DNA of 64,000 bases from Hormiphora californensis (taxonomy: Eukaryota > Animalia > Ctenophora): assembly GCA_020137815.1 (NCBI GenBank), contig CM035353.1:5394001-5458000 (forward strand), written 5' to 3'. Shown here piece by piece: positions 12,760 to 27,400 of the stretch. Position numbers and translations under genes: made by a program. Positions within the stretch are counted from its first letter, which is position 1, and each line of letters opens with the position of its first letter. The notes below the pieces were generated by a model. The model had not been told where the DNA came from. It did not search any database and worked only from the letters and a program-made list of their open reading frames with translations.

Positions 12760-14824
12760 CATTTCTCAACCAATTTCAAAATCTGGGCCATTAGAAAGTA
12801 ATATCACTTCTTTTCCAAAGAGCTATATCCCCCAATCCTAAAAACCTTACACACGCACGTGCACGCCTAAACCCCACCAACACCCCTAACAACATGCCAA
12901 TTTTCCACGTGCAAGCCGACCTGCCATGACCATGACCATGACCATGACCATGACCATTGACCATGACCATGACCATGACCATGACATGACCATGACCATG
13001 ACCATGACCATGACCATGACCATGACCATGACCATGACCAATGACCATGACCATGGACCATGCACCATGACCATGACCATGACCATGGACCATGACCATG
13101 ACCATGACCATGACCATGACCATGACCATGACCATGACCATGACCATGACCATGACCATGACCATGGGACCATGACCATGACCATGACCATGACCATGAC
13201 CATGACCATGACCATGACCATGACCATGACCCCATGTGACCATGACCATTGACCATGACCATGAACCATGACCATCCATGACCATGACCATGACCATGAC
13301 CATGACCATGAGACCATGACCGACCATGACCATGACCATGACCATGGATTTGCTATAAATCTTGTGGTGCATTTCTTTTTTGTTTCTACATTCTGAAAGT
13401 ATTACAGTTAACTTACTATAGTACACACATTTACTAAATACTGATCATATAACTCGTTATCTATAATGTTACCCCATGTCATTATAATGCCGGTCTCAAG
13501 GCTTTTGTTTTTTCTCATTCTGTACAGCCAATGTTTAAAACATATATCACGTCCTTTACGCTACACCGCCAATCTTATATCGTCTCCACATGCACTTAAT
13601 AAACGCGACCCTTCTTCTACTTTCCTTCATTATTAGTAGGGCCTTGTTGTGGTATTGATTCTTCTTGACTTGTATTATACCTGTTATAAGGAGATGCTAA
13701 AATAATCACATGACCTGGTAAGTAAGCGATTCAATTTTTATTTTAAAACCACCGACCACCGAAAAGCAAAACAATATCACATATATATGTGTATGACTTT
13801 ACACGAAAGCATGTTTATACGGAGCTAATTTGTCTATATAAACTCGACAGTAATAATCCTGACAGCAAATATCCCGGTGACTGGTGAGAATTGTAAATTA
13901 TACTATGACAAGCAATCGCAATATAGCTACAGCCGCGTATATATGTGATTTATCCGGTCCTTCAAGCAAAATTACAATTCATACATGATGTTGACTATAA
14001 TACTAGGTCGTCAGACAATACTATATCGTCTAAGAAGTAAGAATGACAGTTCTGCTTGAAATAATAGGATAATCAAAATGATAATTGATTCTCATGATAG
14101 TATATTTATCATGACTTTAATCCATGCTCAGACCCGTCATCGTCTCAGTTTTTTGCATCTTAACAAGCAAGTTATATCGATACAGCGCATCGTTTAAAAT
14201 CATCATGTTGAGTGATCCTACAAGCCTATAATGCTAATGTCACACTTGATTTACCTAGCTCTAGATTAGAAATGCAGGCTTCCTATAGTTTTTCATTTTT
14301 CATGGCCTATAGAAGGTTCTGTCAGCCGACTATCGTGATATGTCGTTGTTAGGCAAAGGGAGATTCTATATATAGTTGCTATTGGTTATTGGTACTGTTA
14401 ATTACAGAGGGCTATCAGGCATGTTTGATTGTTTGCTGAAGATATGTTTACCACAAAGTTGCTATAGATAATTGTGTGCATAGTCTTGATATTGCCGTCC
14501 AATTGAAAGATCTTGTTCATCATTTGTTCTGCCTGACAAGTTGGTAAACCTGATGATGACGCTATGTATGATTCCACGTAATATGACTGGTGTGTAGATG
14601 ATGTTATATATGGTCGATGAAAGATGATTGGTGGACGCGGTGATTCTTGATGACTTGTAGATATATACTGATGCTTATGAACTGTGGGCACCATTGAACA
14701 CGTCCATTTGTAGCGCATCAATAAAAACCACCATCAAAAAATTATTTTGCATGCAGCCAGAGAGAAGAAAAAAAGAGAAGGAATGAGAGAAAGAGAGACA
14801 TAGAGAAGAGATAGAAATAGAGAG

Positions 14825-14856
<32 letters not shown>

Positions 14857-17800
14857 ATCAGAGAGAGAGATACAAAATAAAAGAGTCGAATCGAGAGGAG
14901 AGAATCGTGATGAGTTAATATTCATTCAATACGCGCGGTCTTTGTTTATTCGCGTGGGAGCTATATCACTCCACAGAGGGTGTTTGTTATCATCTGAGAG
15001 ATCAATACAGCTAGATAATCATCCTTCAAAAGGTAAACCCAAATAGGATGATTGGTTTCCCGTCAGGGATTCCATAAAAACATGTGTTGCGTCCTAAATA
15101 CAGCTTTATTATTTCGTTGAAATCCATGGTATAGATCTGTGTTGTTTGGTGCCAGTATAATAGCAGCTGGTAACAAGGAAATTGAAGTTGTGATGGAGTT
15201 TCAATTAAAATAGTGGTCAAAGACCGAATTGTTATAGCCAAGTTGTAATCACCAATTATTGAACAATTATAATGATTGTGATAGTGAGAAAGTTTTGTTT
15301 TCCGGCTGGACAAAATGAGTAGACGGGGTTTTTATGGCCTGGTTCTCTACAATAAAAAAGATCCTTATTATCTGATTGTGATAGTATATTACAGTGTTTA
15401 TGGTACTTTACGGCTTTTCCGTAACCCACCTTCCCAAATAAAAGGTCAAAGAGTGTCATACTCATGTAAGTATATAACAACAATATAGTTTTATATGTAC
15501 ATGATTATATAACATAATAAGCATAGCCAATAATTAATATTAATTCATTCGAACGTCCGGGCGAGTGCTTTTGCAAAGGGCATAAGGGTTTAAATGCAAT
15601 AGGTGGCAGATAGACCTATTAATTGCCATAAAACCTACTCCAACACCTGATAGTAGACCTCTGAATCATTGAGATAAGGATCCTTATCTTTCACTACTGT
15701 AAATCAGACACTGAGTTTGATTTACAGTAGTGACAGATATTTTAAATTTGAATGTTTGTGTTGCTAACTTGCACAGTTTGTTCACAGGAGCTTAAATCAA
15801 GGTGTTTTGGTTCGTCCTTATCGGGCCATTTTACCCCTCAAAGATCACATTTGCATCGTGTAGAGCGTAGACGCTGGAAATGTGACCTTTGAGGCAACAA
15901 ATTACCTATTATGGTGAATTAGTAACTCATATAAAGCATATAAGACATTCAAATCGCTTATCTGTCTCCCCTGAAAAATCTCCAATTCAAATGAATGAAA
16001 TTGGATAGAAGTCGGACAAAACTACACTTGATCCCCATTGAAACAACTAACACATTTTAACTGACACAATATATAGATTGCTCTCACACTCATTTCTCCT
16101 CACGTGATAACTGAGCTGCACTTAAACCGCATTGTAAAACGTGCTTGTAATGGAGAATTGGCTGAATTCTGACCTCTGTGAAGCCCCTCTTTCTTTTTAA
16201 CAGCAGCGATTTGACCACTGAAATCTACACGCTACTCCATCTTTCTGATTCCTTTCACTTCATTTCTCTCTAGGCAAATTTGTAATAACTGCATAGCAAA
16301 TATTTCACATGATTTAATCCATGATTCCTATAATGTAGTCTTCAAAGTAACTTTTATCGAAGACTGGACCAGCTATAGGCGATACATATCACATCGTCAC
16401 AGTTTTTAATATCTTCCCACTGAGCTCTGTGATGATCGCACTTTTATGTTCATCTTTTTATCTTTTTCTACCTCCTTTCGATTTGTTCCGTTCGCTACAC
16501 TGTACGCATGTAGAAATACGGTAGTATGCACCAGCTCTGACTCTTCACCATATAATTCATGAATCAATATATCATTATTTGTTAATTTGGTATAGCTAGC
16601 TGAATATTTCCCATCATAAATCACCATCCCAATTGCTAAGTAGTATGGTAGTGTTTGTCACCACGTGACCATGCCAGAATCTGTAATATTGCCTCCCATT
16701 TCCGCGAGGGAGTAGTCGCACGCAAGTAAGTCGCGTTAGTATGGTAGGAGTGTGAAATGTAAGGAGTGTGAAATATGAGGAGTGTAAATGTAAGGAGTGT
16801 GAAATGTAAGGAGTGTGAAATATGAGGAGTGTAAATGTAAGAGAGTGTAAAATGTAAGGAGTGTGAAATGTGAGGAGTGCGAAATTTGAGGAGTGCGAAA
16901 TGTAGGAGTGGTAAATGTTAGGAGTTTGAAATATGAGGAGTGTAAAATGTAAGGATTGTGAAATGTGATGATTGCGAAATTGAGGAGTTTGAAATGTAAG
17001 GAGGGTAAAATGTAAGGATTGTGAAATGTATAAAGGTGTGTAAAATGTAAGGAGTGTGAATGTGAGAAGTTTGAAATATGAGAAGGCTGTAAAAGTTGGG
17101 TATAGGTCATCAATTACACACATTCCTATGATAGCTCGGTTCACCTGAACTCAACCCACTCAGGAAAGAAGCGGAGGGATGTTGGAGATCTCGAGACCAC
17201 ACGGGAACCACAATGCGCAAAAAGAAGAGGCTGAAAAGCGGAAGAAAGCGAAGTTGTTGAAGAAATTGAAAGAACAGGAAGCCTAGTGAATGCCAACAAC
17301 AGGTTAGGAAGTAACCTGGTAAAATTTTGATAATAAAGTCGAACCCCGATTTACCGGAGGATAAACTATCCCCGATATAGAAAATGAACAGTGTTTCACC
17401 CCGATATAACCGGGCACCCTTAGTAAACACGTCGAGTCGGTAAGTTGCATTTACAAATTTTTAAATGCAACTTACCGACTCGACGTGACTAGGGACAGGA
17501 CGGGATGCGAATTGCTCAGCGTTTAGCTAAGTAACAAAAAGAAGGTATGCAGCAGCTGCATACTATGTCACCATATACTTCCGGCTATTTGAAACGTGAT
17601 TCGTGGTTTGGCTTCTTTCAGCTAATCTTTAGGCAGCATGTTTTTGACTAGTTGCGGTTGCTTGAGAGCGTGATCACAATGTTTAAAAACTTGTAACACC
17701 AGCAAAAGTGTAAACTTGTAAAACTCTCTCTGAAGAGAGATAGACTGTATATAGAGGCGTATCATTATATCACGAAAGTTTGAGAAGTAAGATAGTGAGG

Positions 17801-18296
17801 GGGAGTAGAGTACGAAAAGCATCATGCTTTCGATCTATACGAACACTCTCAGCTGCTACGCGTATCAGTTTCATCGTATCGTTAGACTTTAGTCCTGACT
17901 AACTGTCCTAGGTAAATTGTGTTTGATTTAAATAATTCAGTTGTGACTTATTACCAACTAGAGAGCCCAGGCAAAAGAACAAAAAACTCTCACACCCTAT
18001 TGACTCCTCTCAATCCCGATTCCTGGCACCTCCGGTCGCGAGATCATACTCCACGCCCCTTTCCCCTGTTGACTCCCCTCAGTCTCCTCACCCCTCTATC
18101 CTCCTCGGCCCTCTTATCCCTATTGACTCCCCTCGGCCCCTATGAATCATATAGTCCCCTATTCACTATCTCACCCTCTATCACTCCCCTATAACGCCAT
18201 AAGGAACACTCCCTAACCCCTCTCTCAATCTGTGATCTGAAGCAGTTCAGAACCCCACATTTTCCCTCATTTTTCACCATTTCCCCCATAACTCAG
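12760..18296 (+). repeat. Error-rich duplicate of 20543-26243, occupying the middle of the anoctamin gene
   Basis: 13346-18296 is colinear with 21081-26076. 12760-12920 matches 26078-26243. The (GACCAT)n tract at 12925-13345 is noisy, whereas the one at 20543-21080 is perfect. Coding exons in this copy are frameshifted. Confidence 0.93.
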
Positions 18297-18399
18297 GTCA
18301 TTATCTAAGACTGTATATGTCGGGAAAAACGAAGACTTTCAAAACTACACATTACATTTGATTTAAATCATGTTCTTGACTCTAAATACGGATTTTCAG

Positions 18400-19044
18400 C
18401 ACTTTGTGTTCACTGTTGTTCGATGTATTGACTTGCTGATACCGGATGTGCCTGAAAAAGCTGGAAGCCCTCATACACCTTGAGGACAGCTTCGCTAGGG
18501 AAATGATGAAAGAGGTCATCGAGGTATGTGACATGATATGTTTCTCATCATATCAGCTTCACTAGCTCAGTTTACTGGTAATATCATTCTTCACATTTCA
18601 TCAACTGTGCAGCTGTCTTTATCTTTACAGGAAGGCGCAGTTAATATTCGACCAAAACCAAAGAAACGATTGCCATTTGTAGTCCCACCTACAAAGCGCA
18701 AACACAAATGAATTAGACTTGATCATGTAGGGATCAATTCACAGCTTAAATTATCATAGCATATATATCACGTTTCATTGAAAGATTCTCAACATGAACT
18801 CACGCCATAAAACTTTTAATTTTAATAAGCATGCAATCTTAATAGTATTTATTATAAACATTTGTATACCCGAAAATTCACATGCATTTATTCATATTCC
18901 CATCGGAAAGTTCAGCGCATGTACTGTTTTTTACCGTTGACATCATATGAACATCAACATTACTTTCAGGTCGATCTAGAGCAACTAGAGGACATGCGAC
19001 ATCGAATTGAAGTGAAGAGAAAACAACGGAATAAATATGCTTAG
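18400..19044 (+). CDS. ANO: Anoctamin C-terminal exons with two candidate alternative last exons
   Basis: 18400-18523 encodes HFVFTVVRCIDLLIPDVPEKLEALIHLEDSFAREMMKEVIE (post-TM10 IPDVP motif; one extra A in a homopolymer run). Phase-0 terminal exons: 18631-18711 (EGAVNIRPKPKKRLPFVVPPTKRKHK*) and 18970-19044 (VDLEQLEDMRHRIEVKRKQRNKYA*). Confidence 0.85.
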
Positions 19045-20542
19045 ATAAAGTGGAAATAATTGAATAATCAAGAACTGAAGTCGATCCTTGGCATCCTACT
19101 CATAGTTTTCATAATTTCATCTTAAATACACCTATACGAATAGTAATGGATGACTTGTCGGTATATTGGAAATATTTTATCAATTTGGTAATAATTATAA
19201 AATGTAAGCTAACTACATATACATTATAATTATGTATATGTTACTGGGTTTGTAGACTTCTGAAATTCCTCTTTACAGTTTTACTTTGAGTAGACATTTC
19301 ATCTTAAATGCATGGACCTTTGTAAAAACCTGTGAAGTTAGCTGAATAAAATGATGTGTTTCTTCGAGAGAGTTTTTTGTGAATGTACCATCTTTGCCCA
19401 GGGCTGGCCCAAAACCGACCATATAATATGGTATGTTATATCAATGTTGGAAAATGTATAAATTCTCTTTAACATAAATTTAGAATTTGGAAATTTGAAT
19501 CAGTTTGCAGAAATTAAGAGTTTTGTAGTTTGCATTGTTGTTTTAGTGTGTATGTTTTGTTTTTAATTCAATACACCCCAAACATGCGGAATATTTTATT
19601 GATTAACATTTAAATCTAAATTCAAACCTCGATTTACCAAAACCAGAACCTCGATTTCCCCATTCCTCGAACAGAGGAATTTCCCCAATCCCCATTGTAT
19701 ATAGTATTTAACACTAATATCGGTACACATCGGTCGAGGTACGGTTGGAGCTCGACTTACCGTGTAAAACCCTTCCAGAAGGAGCCTGATGGATGGTGGC
19801 TTAAGGCTTAACTCTCTCAAAATATATCCACATGGCTCTCAAGTCCTCAAGTATATTACACATAGGACTTGTTTTGAAAAGTCAAGTTTGATCAACATGC
19901 ATATTGAATATAGTGGCCAGTGAACGTTGCTGATTCTACATTCGAGAAACCGTTTACCGTGCCTCAAAATATACTCTTGTGGTCCACAAGAATATATTTC
20001 GAAGCTCGGCTCAATGTGCAGCTGCTAACCTCATACCGTTCTACAACTCATCTCTAGGAGCTAAGTTTTCCGCGAGCTTAATAACCTTATATATTCCCCC
20101 TCCATAGCTTAATCCTTGATCGGCGAGAGTGTTACACGGCAAAAACCTTTTATTAAACGCTGATATCCGATAATGTGTAGTTGATTGATCAATATAGATC
20201 GATATATGCTGCACATTTAAACGATATATCGCATTATATGGTGCATTGATGCAAGTGAAAAAAGTCGCGGCAAATCTCGATAGAGAAAGTGGTGTTATAA
20301 ATTGGTTTATAACATTGCATGGTATAGTATGCAGTACGTTATAAAAATTACATAGCGGCTGAAGTGGTTTATAAATTTAATGTTATTCTTCCGAATAATA
20401 GTTATATAGAGCTTAATATAATTGTACACACATATATATCCAGATTCTGTCTGGCGCCGCGACCCCGTCTTAGCGCACTGTCGATTTGAATCAAAAGGGG
20501 GTCTGGCGCCGCCAGACAGCCATCATTAGTGAAGATGGTCTC

Positions 20543-21080
20543 CATGACCATGACCATGACCATGACCATGACCATGACCATGACCATGACCATGACCATG
20601 ACCATGACCATGACCATGACCATGACCATGACCATGACCATGACCATGACCATGACCATGACCATGACCATGACCATGACCATGACCATGACCATGACCA
20701 TGACCATGACCATGACCATGACCATGACCATGACCATGACCATGACCATGACCATGACCATGACCATGACCATGACCATGACCATGACCATGACCATGAC
20801 CATGACCATGACCATGACCATGACCATGACCATGACCATGACCATGACCATGACCATGACCATGACCATGACCATGACCATGACCATGACCATGACCATG
20901 ACCATGACCATGACCATGACCATGACCATGACCATGACCATGACCATGACCATGACCATGACCATGACCATGACCATGACCATGACCATGACCATGACCA
21001 TGACCATGACCATGACCATGACCATGACCATGACCATGACCATGACCATGACCATGACCATGACCATGACCATGACCATG
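20543..21080 (+). repeat. (GACCAT)n microsatellite, about 90 perfect units
   Basis: Directly visible; source of the MT/DH/WS/VM pseudo-ORFs. Confidence 0.98.
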
Positions 21081-22532
21081 GATTTGCTATAAATCTGTGG
21101 TGCATTTCTTTTTTTGTTTCTACATTCTGAAAGTATTACAGTTAACTTACTATAGTACACACATTTACTAAATACTGATCATATAACTCGTTTTATCTAT
21201 AATGTTACCCCATGTCATTATAATGCCGGTCTCAAGGCTTTTGTTTTTTCTCATTCTGTACAGCCAATGTTTAAAACATATATCACGTCCTTTACGCTAC
21301 ACCGCCAATCTATATATCGTCTCCACATGCACTTAATAAACGCGACCCTTCTTCTACTTTCCTTCACTTATTAGTAGGGCCTTGTTTGTGGTATTGATTC
21401 TTCTTGACTTGTATTATACCTGTTATAATGGAGATGCTAAAATAATCACATGACCTGGTAAGTAAGCGATTCAATTTTTATTTTAAAACCACCGACCACC
21501 GAAAAGCAAAACAATATCACATATATATGTGTATGACTTTATCACGAAAGCATGTTTATACGGAGCTAATTTGTCTATATAAACTCGACAGTAATAATCC
21601 TGACCAGCAACTATCACGGTGACTGGTGAGAATTGTAAATTATACTATGACAAGCAATCGCAATATAGCTACAGCCGTATATATATGTGATTTATCGGGT
21701 CCTTCAAGCAAAATTACAATTCATACATGATGTTGACTACTAGGTCGTCAGGCAATACTATATCGTCTAAGAAGTAAGAATGACAGTTCTGCTTGAAATG
21801 ATAGGATAATCAAAATAATAATTGATTCTCATGATAGTATATTTATCATGACTTTAATCCATGCTCAGACCCGTCATAGTCAGTTTTTATGCATCTTAAC
21901 AAGCAAGTTATATCGATACAGCGCATCGTTTAAAATCATCATGTTGAGTGATCCTACAAGCCTATAATGCTAATGTCACACTTGATTTACCTAGCTCTAG
22001 ATTAGAAATGCAGGCTTTCTATAGTTTTTCATTTTTCATGGCCTATAGAAGGTACAGCTGTCAGCCGACTATCGTGATATGTCGTTGTTAGGCAAAGGGA
22101 GATTCTATGGTTACTATTGGTTATTGGTACAATTAATTACAGAGCGCTATCAGGCATGTTTGATTGTTTGCTGAAGACATGTTTACCCCAAAGTTGCTAT
22201 AGATAATTGTGCGTATAGTCTTGATATTGTCGTACAATTGAAAGATCTTGTTCATCATTTGTTCTGCCTGACAAGTTGGTAAACCTCCATCATGATGACG
22301 CTATATATGATTCCACGTAATATGAATGGCTGGTGTGTAGATGATGTTATAGGTGGTCGATGAAAGATGATTGGTGGACGCGGTGATTCTTGATGACTTG
22401 TAGATATATACTGATGCTTATGAACTGTGGGCACCATTGAACACGTCCATTTGTAGCGCATCAAATAAAAACCATCCATCAAAAAATTATTTTTGCATGC
22501 AGCCAGAGAGAGAAGAAAAAAAGAGAAGGAAT

Positions 22533-22606
<74 letters not shown>

Positions 22607-24426
22607 AGAGAGAGAGATACAAAATAAAAGAGTCGAATCGAGAAGGAGAGAATCGTGATGAGTTAATTATTCATTCAATACGCTGCGGTCTTTGTTTATT
22701 CGCGTGGGAGCTATATCACTCCACAAGAGGTGTTTGTTATCATCTGAGAGATCAATACAGCTAGATAATCATCCTTCAAAAGGTAAACCCAAATTAGGAT
22801 GATTGGTTTCCCGTCAGGGATTCCATAAAACATGTGTTGCGTCCTAAATACAGCTTTATTATTTCGTTGTAAATCCATGGTATAGATCTGTGTTGTTTGG
22901 TGTCCAGTATAATAGCAGCTGGTAACAAGGAATATTGAAGTTGTGATGGAGTTTCAATATAAAATAGTGGTCAAAGACAGAATTGTTATAGCCAAGCTTG
23001 TAATCACCAATTATTGATACAATTATAATGATTGTGATAGTGAGAAAGTTTTGTTTTCCGGCTGGACAAAATGAGTAGACGGGGTTTTTATGGCCTGGTT
23101 CTTCTACAATAAAAAAGATCCTTATTATCTGATTGTGATAGTATTATACAGTGTTTATGGTACTTTACGGCTTTTCCGTAACCCACCTTCCCAAAATAAA
23201 AGGTCAAAGACGTGTCATACTCATGTAAGTATATAACAACAATATAGTTTTATATGTACATGATTATATATACATAATAAGCATAGCCAATAATTAATAT
23301 TAATTCATTCGAACGTCCGGGCGAGTGCTTTTGCAAAAGGGCATAAGGGTTTAAATAGCAATAGGTGGCAGATAGACCTATTTAATTGCCATAAAACCTA
23401 CTCCAACACTGATAGTAGACCTCTGAACTCATTTGAGATAAGGATCCTTATCTTTCACTACTGTAAATCAGAACTCGAGTTCTGATTTACAGTAGTGACA
23501 GATATTTTAAATTTGAATGTTTTGTGTTGCTAACTTGCACAGTTTGTTCACAGGATCGTTAAATCAAGGTGTTTTGATTCGTCCTTATTGGGCCATTTTA
23601 CCCCTCAAAGATCACATTTGCATCGTGTAGAGCGTAGACGCTGGAAATGTGACCTTTGAGGCAACAAATTACCTAATTATGGTGAATTAGTAACTCATAT
23701 AAAGCATATAAGACATTCAAAATCGTCTTATCTGTCTCCCCTGAAAAATCTCCAATTCAAATGAATGAAATTGGATAGAAGTCGGACAAAACTACACTTG
23801 ATCCCCATTGAAACAACTAACACATTTTAACTGACACAATATATAGATTGCTCTCACACTCATTTCTCCTCACGTGATAACTGAGCTGCACTTAAACCGC
23901 ATTGTAACGTGCTTGTAATGGAGAATTGGCTGAATTCTGACCTCTGTGAAGCCCTTCTTTTTTAACAGCAGCGATTTGACCACTGAAATCTACACGCTAC
24001 TCCATCTTTCTGATTCCTTTCACTTCATTTCTCTCTAGGCAAATTTGTAATAACTGCATAGCAAATATTTCACATGATTCCTATAATGTAGTCTTCAAAG
24101 TAACTTTTATCGAAGACTGGACCAGCTATAGGCGATACATATCACATCGTCACAGTTTTTAATATCTTCCCACTGAAGCTCTGTGATGCATCGCACTTTT
24201 ATTGTTCATCTTTTTATCTTTTTCTACCTCCTTTCGATTTGTTCCGTTCGCTACACTGTTACGCATGTAGAAATACGGTAGTATGCACCAGCTCTGACTC
24301 TTCACCATATAATTCATGAATCAATATATCATTATTTGTTAATTTGGTATAGCTAGCTGAATATTTCCCATCATAAATCACCATCCCAATTGCTAAGTAG
24401 TATGGTAGTGTTGTCACCACGTGACC

Positions 24427-27400
24427 ATGCCAGAATCTGTAATATTGCCTCCCATTTCCCGCGAGGGAGTAGTCGCACGCAAGTAAGTCGCGTAGTCATG
24501 GTAGGAGTGTGAAATGTAAGGAGTGTGAAATATGAGGAGTGTAAAATGTAAGGAGTGTGAAATGTAAGGAGTGTGAAATATGAGGAGTGTAAAATGTAAG
24601 GAGTGTAAAATGTAAGGAGTGTGAAATGTGAGGAGTGCGAAATTTGAGGAGTGCGAAATGTAAGGAGTGTAAAATGTTAGGAGTTTGAAATATGAGGAGT
24701 GTAAAATGTAAGGATTGTGAAATGTGATGATTGCGAAATGTGAGGAGTTTGAAATGTAAGGAGTGTAAAATGTAAGGATTGTGAAATGTATAAAGGTGTG
24801 TAAAATGTAAGGAGTGTGAAATGTGAGAAGTTTGAAATATGAGAAGGCTGTAAAAGTTGGGTATAGGTCATCAATTACACACATTCCTATGATAGCTCGG
24901 TGTCACCTGAACTCAACCCACCTCAGGAAAGAAGGCGGAGGGATGTTGGAGATCTCCGAGAACACCACCGGGAACCACAATGCGCAAAAAGAAGAGGCTG
25001 AAAAGCGGAAGAAAGCGAAGTTGTTGAAGAAATTGAAAGAACAGGAAGGCCTAGTGAATGCCAACAAACAGGTTAGGAAGTACACCTGGTAAAATTTTGA
25101 TAATAAAGTCGAACCCCGATTTACCGGGAGGATAAACTATCCCCGATATAGAAAATGAACAGTGTTTCACCCCGATATACCGGGCACCCTTAGTAAACAC
25201 GTCGAGTCGGTAAGTTGCATTTACAAATTTTTAAATGCAACTTACCGACTCGACGTGACTAGGGACAGGACGGGATGCGAATTGCTCAGCGTTTAGCTAA
25301 GTAACAAAAAAGAAGGTATGCAGCAGCTGCATACATAGTCACCATATCACTTCCGGCTATTTGAAACGTGATTCGTGGTTTGGCTTCTTTCAGCTAATCT
25401 TTAGGCAGCATGTTTTGACTAGTTGCGGTTGCTTGAGAGCGTGATCACAATGTTTAAAAACTTGTACACCAGCAAAAGTGTAAACTTGTAAAACTCTCTC
25501 TGAAGAGAGATAGACTGTATATAGAGGCGTATCATTATATCACGAAAGTTTGAGAAAGTAAGATAGTGAGGGGGAGTAGAGTACGGAAAAGCATCATGCT
25601 TTCGATCTTATACGGAACACTCTCAGCTGCTACGCGTATCAGTTTCATCTGTATCGTTAGACTTTAGTCCTGACTAACTGTCCTAGGTAAATTGTGTTTG
25701 ATTTAAATAATTCAGTTGTGACTTATTACCAACTAGAGAGCCCAGGCAAAAGAACAAAAAACTCTCACACCCTATTGACTCCTCTCAATCCCGATTCCTG
25801 GCACCTCCGGTCGCGAGATCATACTCCACGCCCCTTTCCCCCTGTTGACTCCCCTCAGTCCTCACCCCTCTTATCCTCCTCGGCCCTCTTATCCCTATTG
25901 ACTCCCCTCGGCCCCTATTGAATCATATAGTCCCCTATTCACTCCATCTCACCCTCTATTCACTCCCCTATAACGCCATAAGGAACACTTCCCTAACCCC
26001 TCTCTCAATCTGTGATCTGAAGCAGTTCAGAACCCCACATTTTCCCTCATTTTTCACCATTTCCCCCATAACTCAGTCATTTCTCAACCAATTTCAAAAT
26101 ACCAAGGCTCATTGGAAAGATAATCTCAACCTCTTTCCAAAGAGCTATAATCCCCCAAATTTATAAAACCTTTACACACGCACGTGCACTCCCCAAGCCC
26201 CACCAACCACCCCTAACAACATGTCAATTTTCCACGTGCAAGCCCTAAAAACCCCCTCCCCCAAATTTTGTCTTGCAAGGTTCTCTGCTTTATAATATAG
26301 ATACGCGGCTCTTTTTTCAGGTTATGGTGAGAGACCGAAGAAGACCTAGGAAGAATATTAAAGAGATGAGCGTACTAAATAAGCGTCGGCGTGTCATCAA
26401 AAACACCGCTAGAAAAGAGATAGCCCAACAGAGAGCCACTCTGGAGAGTATGCGGCACATTGGTGAGTAACTAAACGTTTCTTTTCGGGCCACAGTCCTC
26501 ACATTGCTGATTTCATTGTCCTTACATTTCACTTTCCACTTCTGACATTTCATTTCACACTCCTTACATTTCACGCTCCTCACATTTCACACTCCTCACA
26601 TTTCACACTCCTCACATTTCACACTCCTTACATTTCACACTCCTTACATTTCACACTCCTTACATTTCACAATCCTTACATTTCACACTCCTCACATTTC
26701 ACACTCCTTGCACATTTTACACTCCTCACATTTCACACTCCTCACACATCATATCCTTGATATTTCATTAAGTTTCTTCAGATTTCTCATATTCCACCAT
26801 CCCCATTCCTCGTATCTACCACCATATTCCTCAGAAATGAAGAGTCACTCCTCACATTTATCCATTTCATATTCCTCAGAAATGAAGCGTCACTCCCTGG
26901 AAGCGAGAGAGTTGGAAGTGTTTGTCGAACGGATCAGGAAGGTGAAGCAGAATAAGCGTCTATCCATGCTCTTTGCCAAGTTCCAATTTAGCCCCGTGTC
27001 TGAGGAAGAGGATGAGGGGTATAGCGATCACCATGGAGACCAGGGAGAGGAAGAACAGGACGTATGTAAACATGTTCATAGTACAAAGAATACAAATTGC
27101 CTAGGTGCATATTCTGTCTCTGTCACGTTCTAAACTTTCGTGAACCAGCTCACATTTTCAGGATGGGAACGACGGGGCGACTGTGACTTCCACCAGCACC
27201 CTAGGCACGGATAAGAATAACAAATCAGAGAGCATGAACAGGTGAAATAAAATGCAGCCAAATCTGGTAGGATGTGTCATTGTTGTTGTATTTCTTGGCC
27301 CTGGGGCGCTGTGATAAAAATTCTGCTTCCTAATTTTGATTCCTTCAGGCTGATCACGGAGTTGAACAGCATGTCCCTGATCATAGACTACGATTCCAAC

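Noticed and set aside
16670-17302. A separate paralogue of the 24427 gene
   Set aside because: Only exons 1-2 are present, frameshifted, inside the suspected misassembled duplicate.
12791-21160. Long MV/WS/DH/MT ORFs
   Set aside because: Translations of (GACCAT)n, which has no stop codon in any frame.
22130-23050. Possible decayed coding sequence on the minus strand
   Set aside because: Short broken frames with no motif I could recognise.
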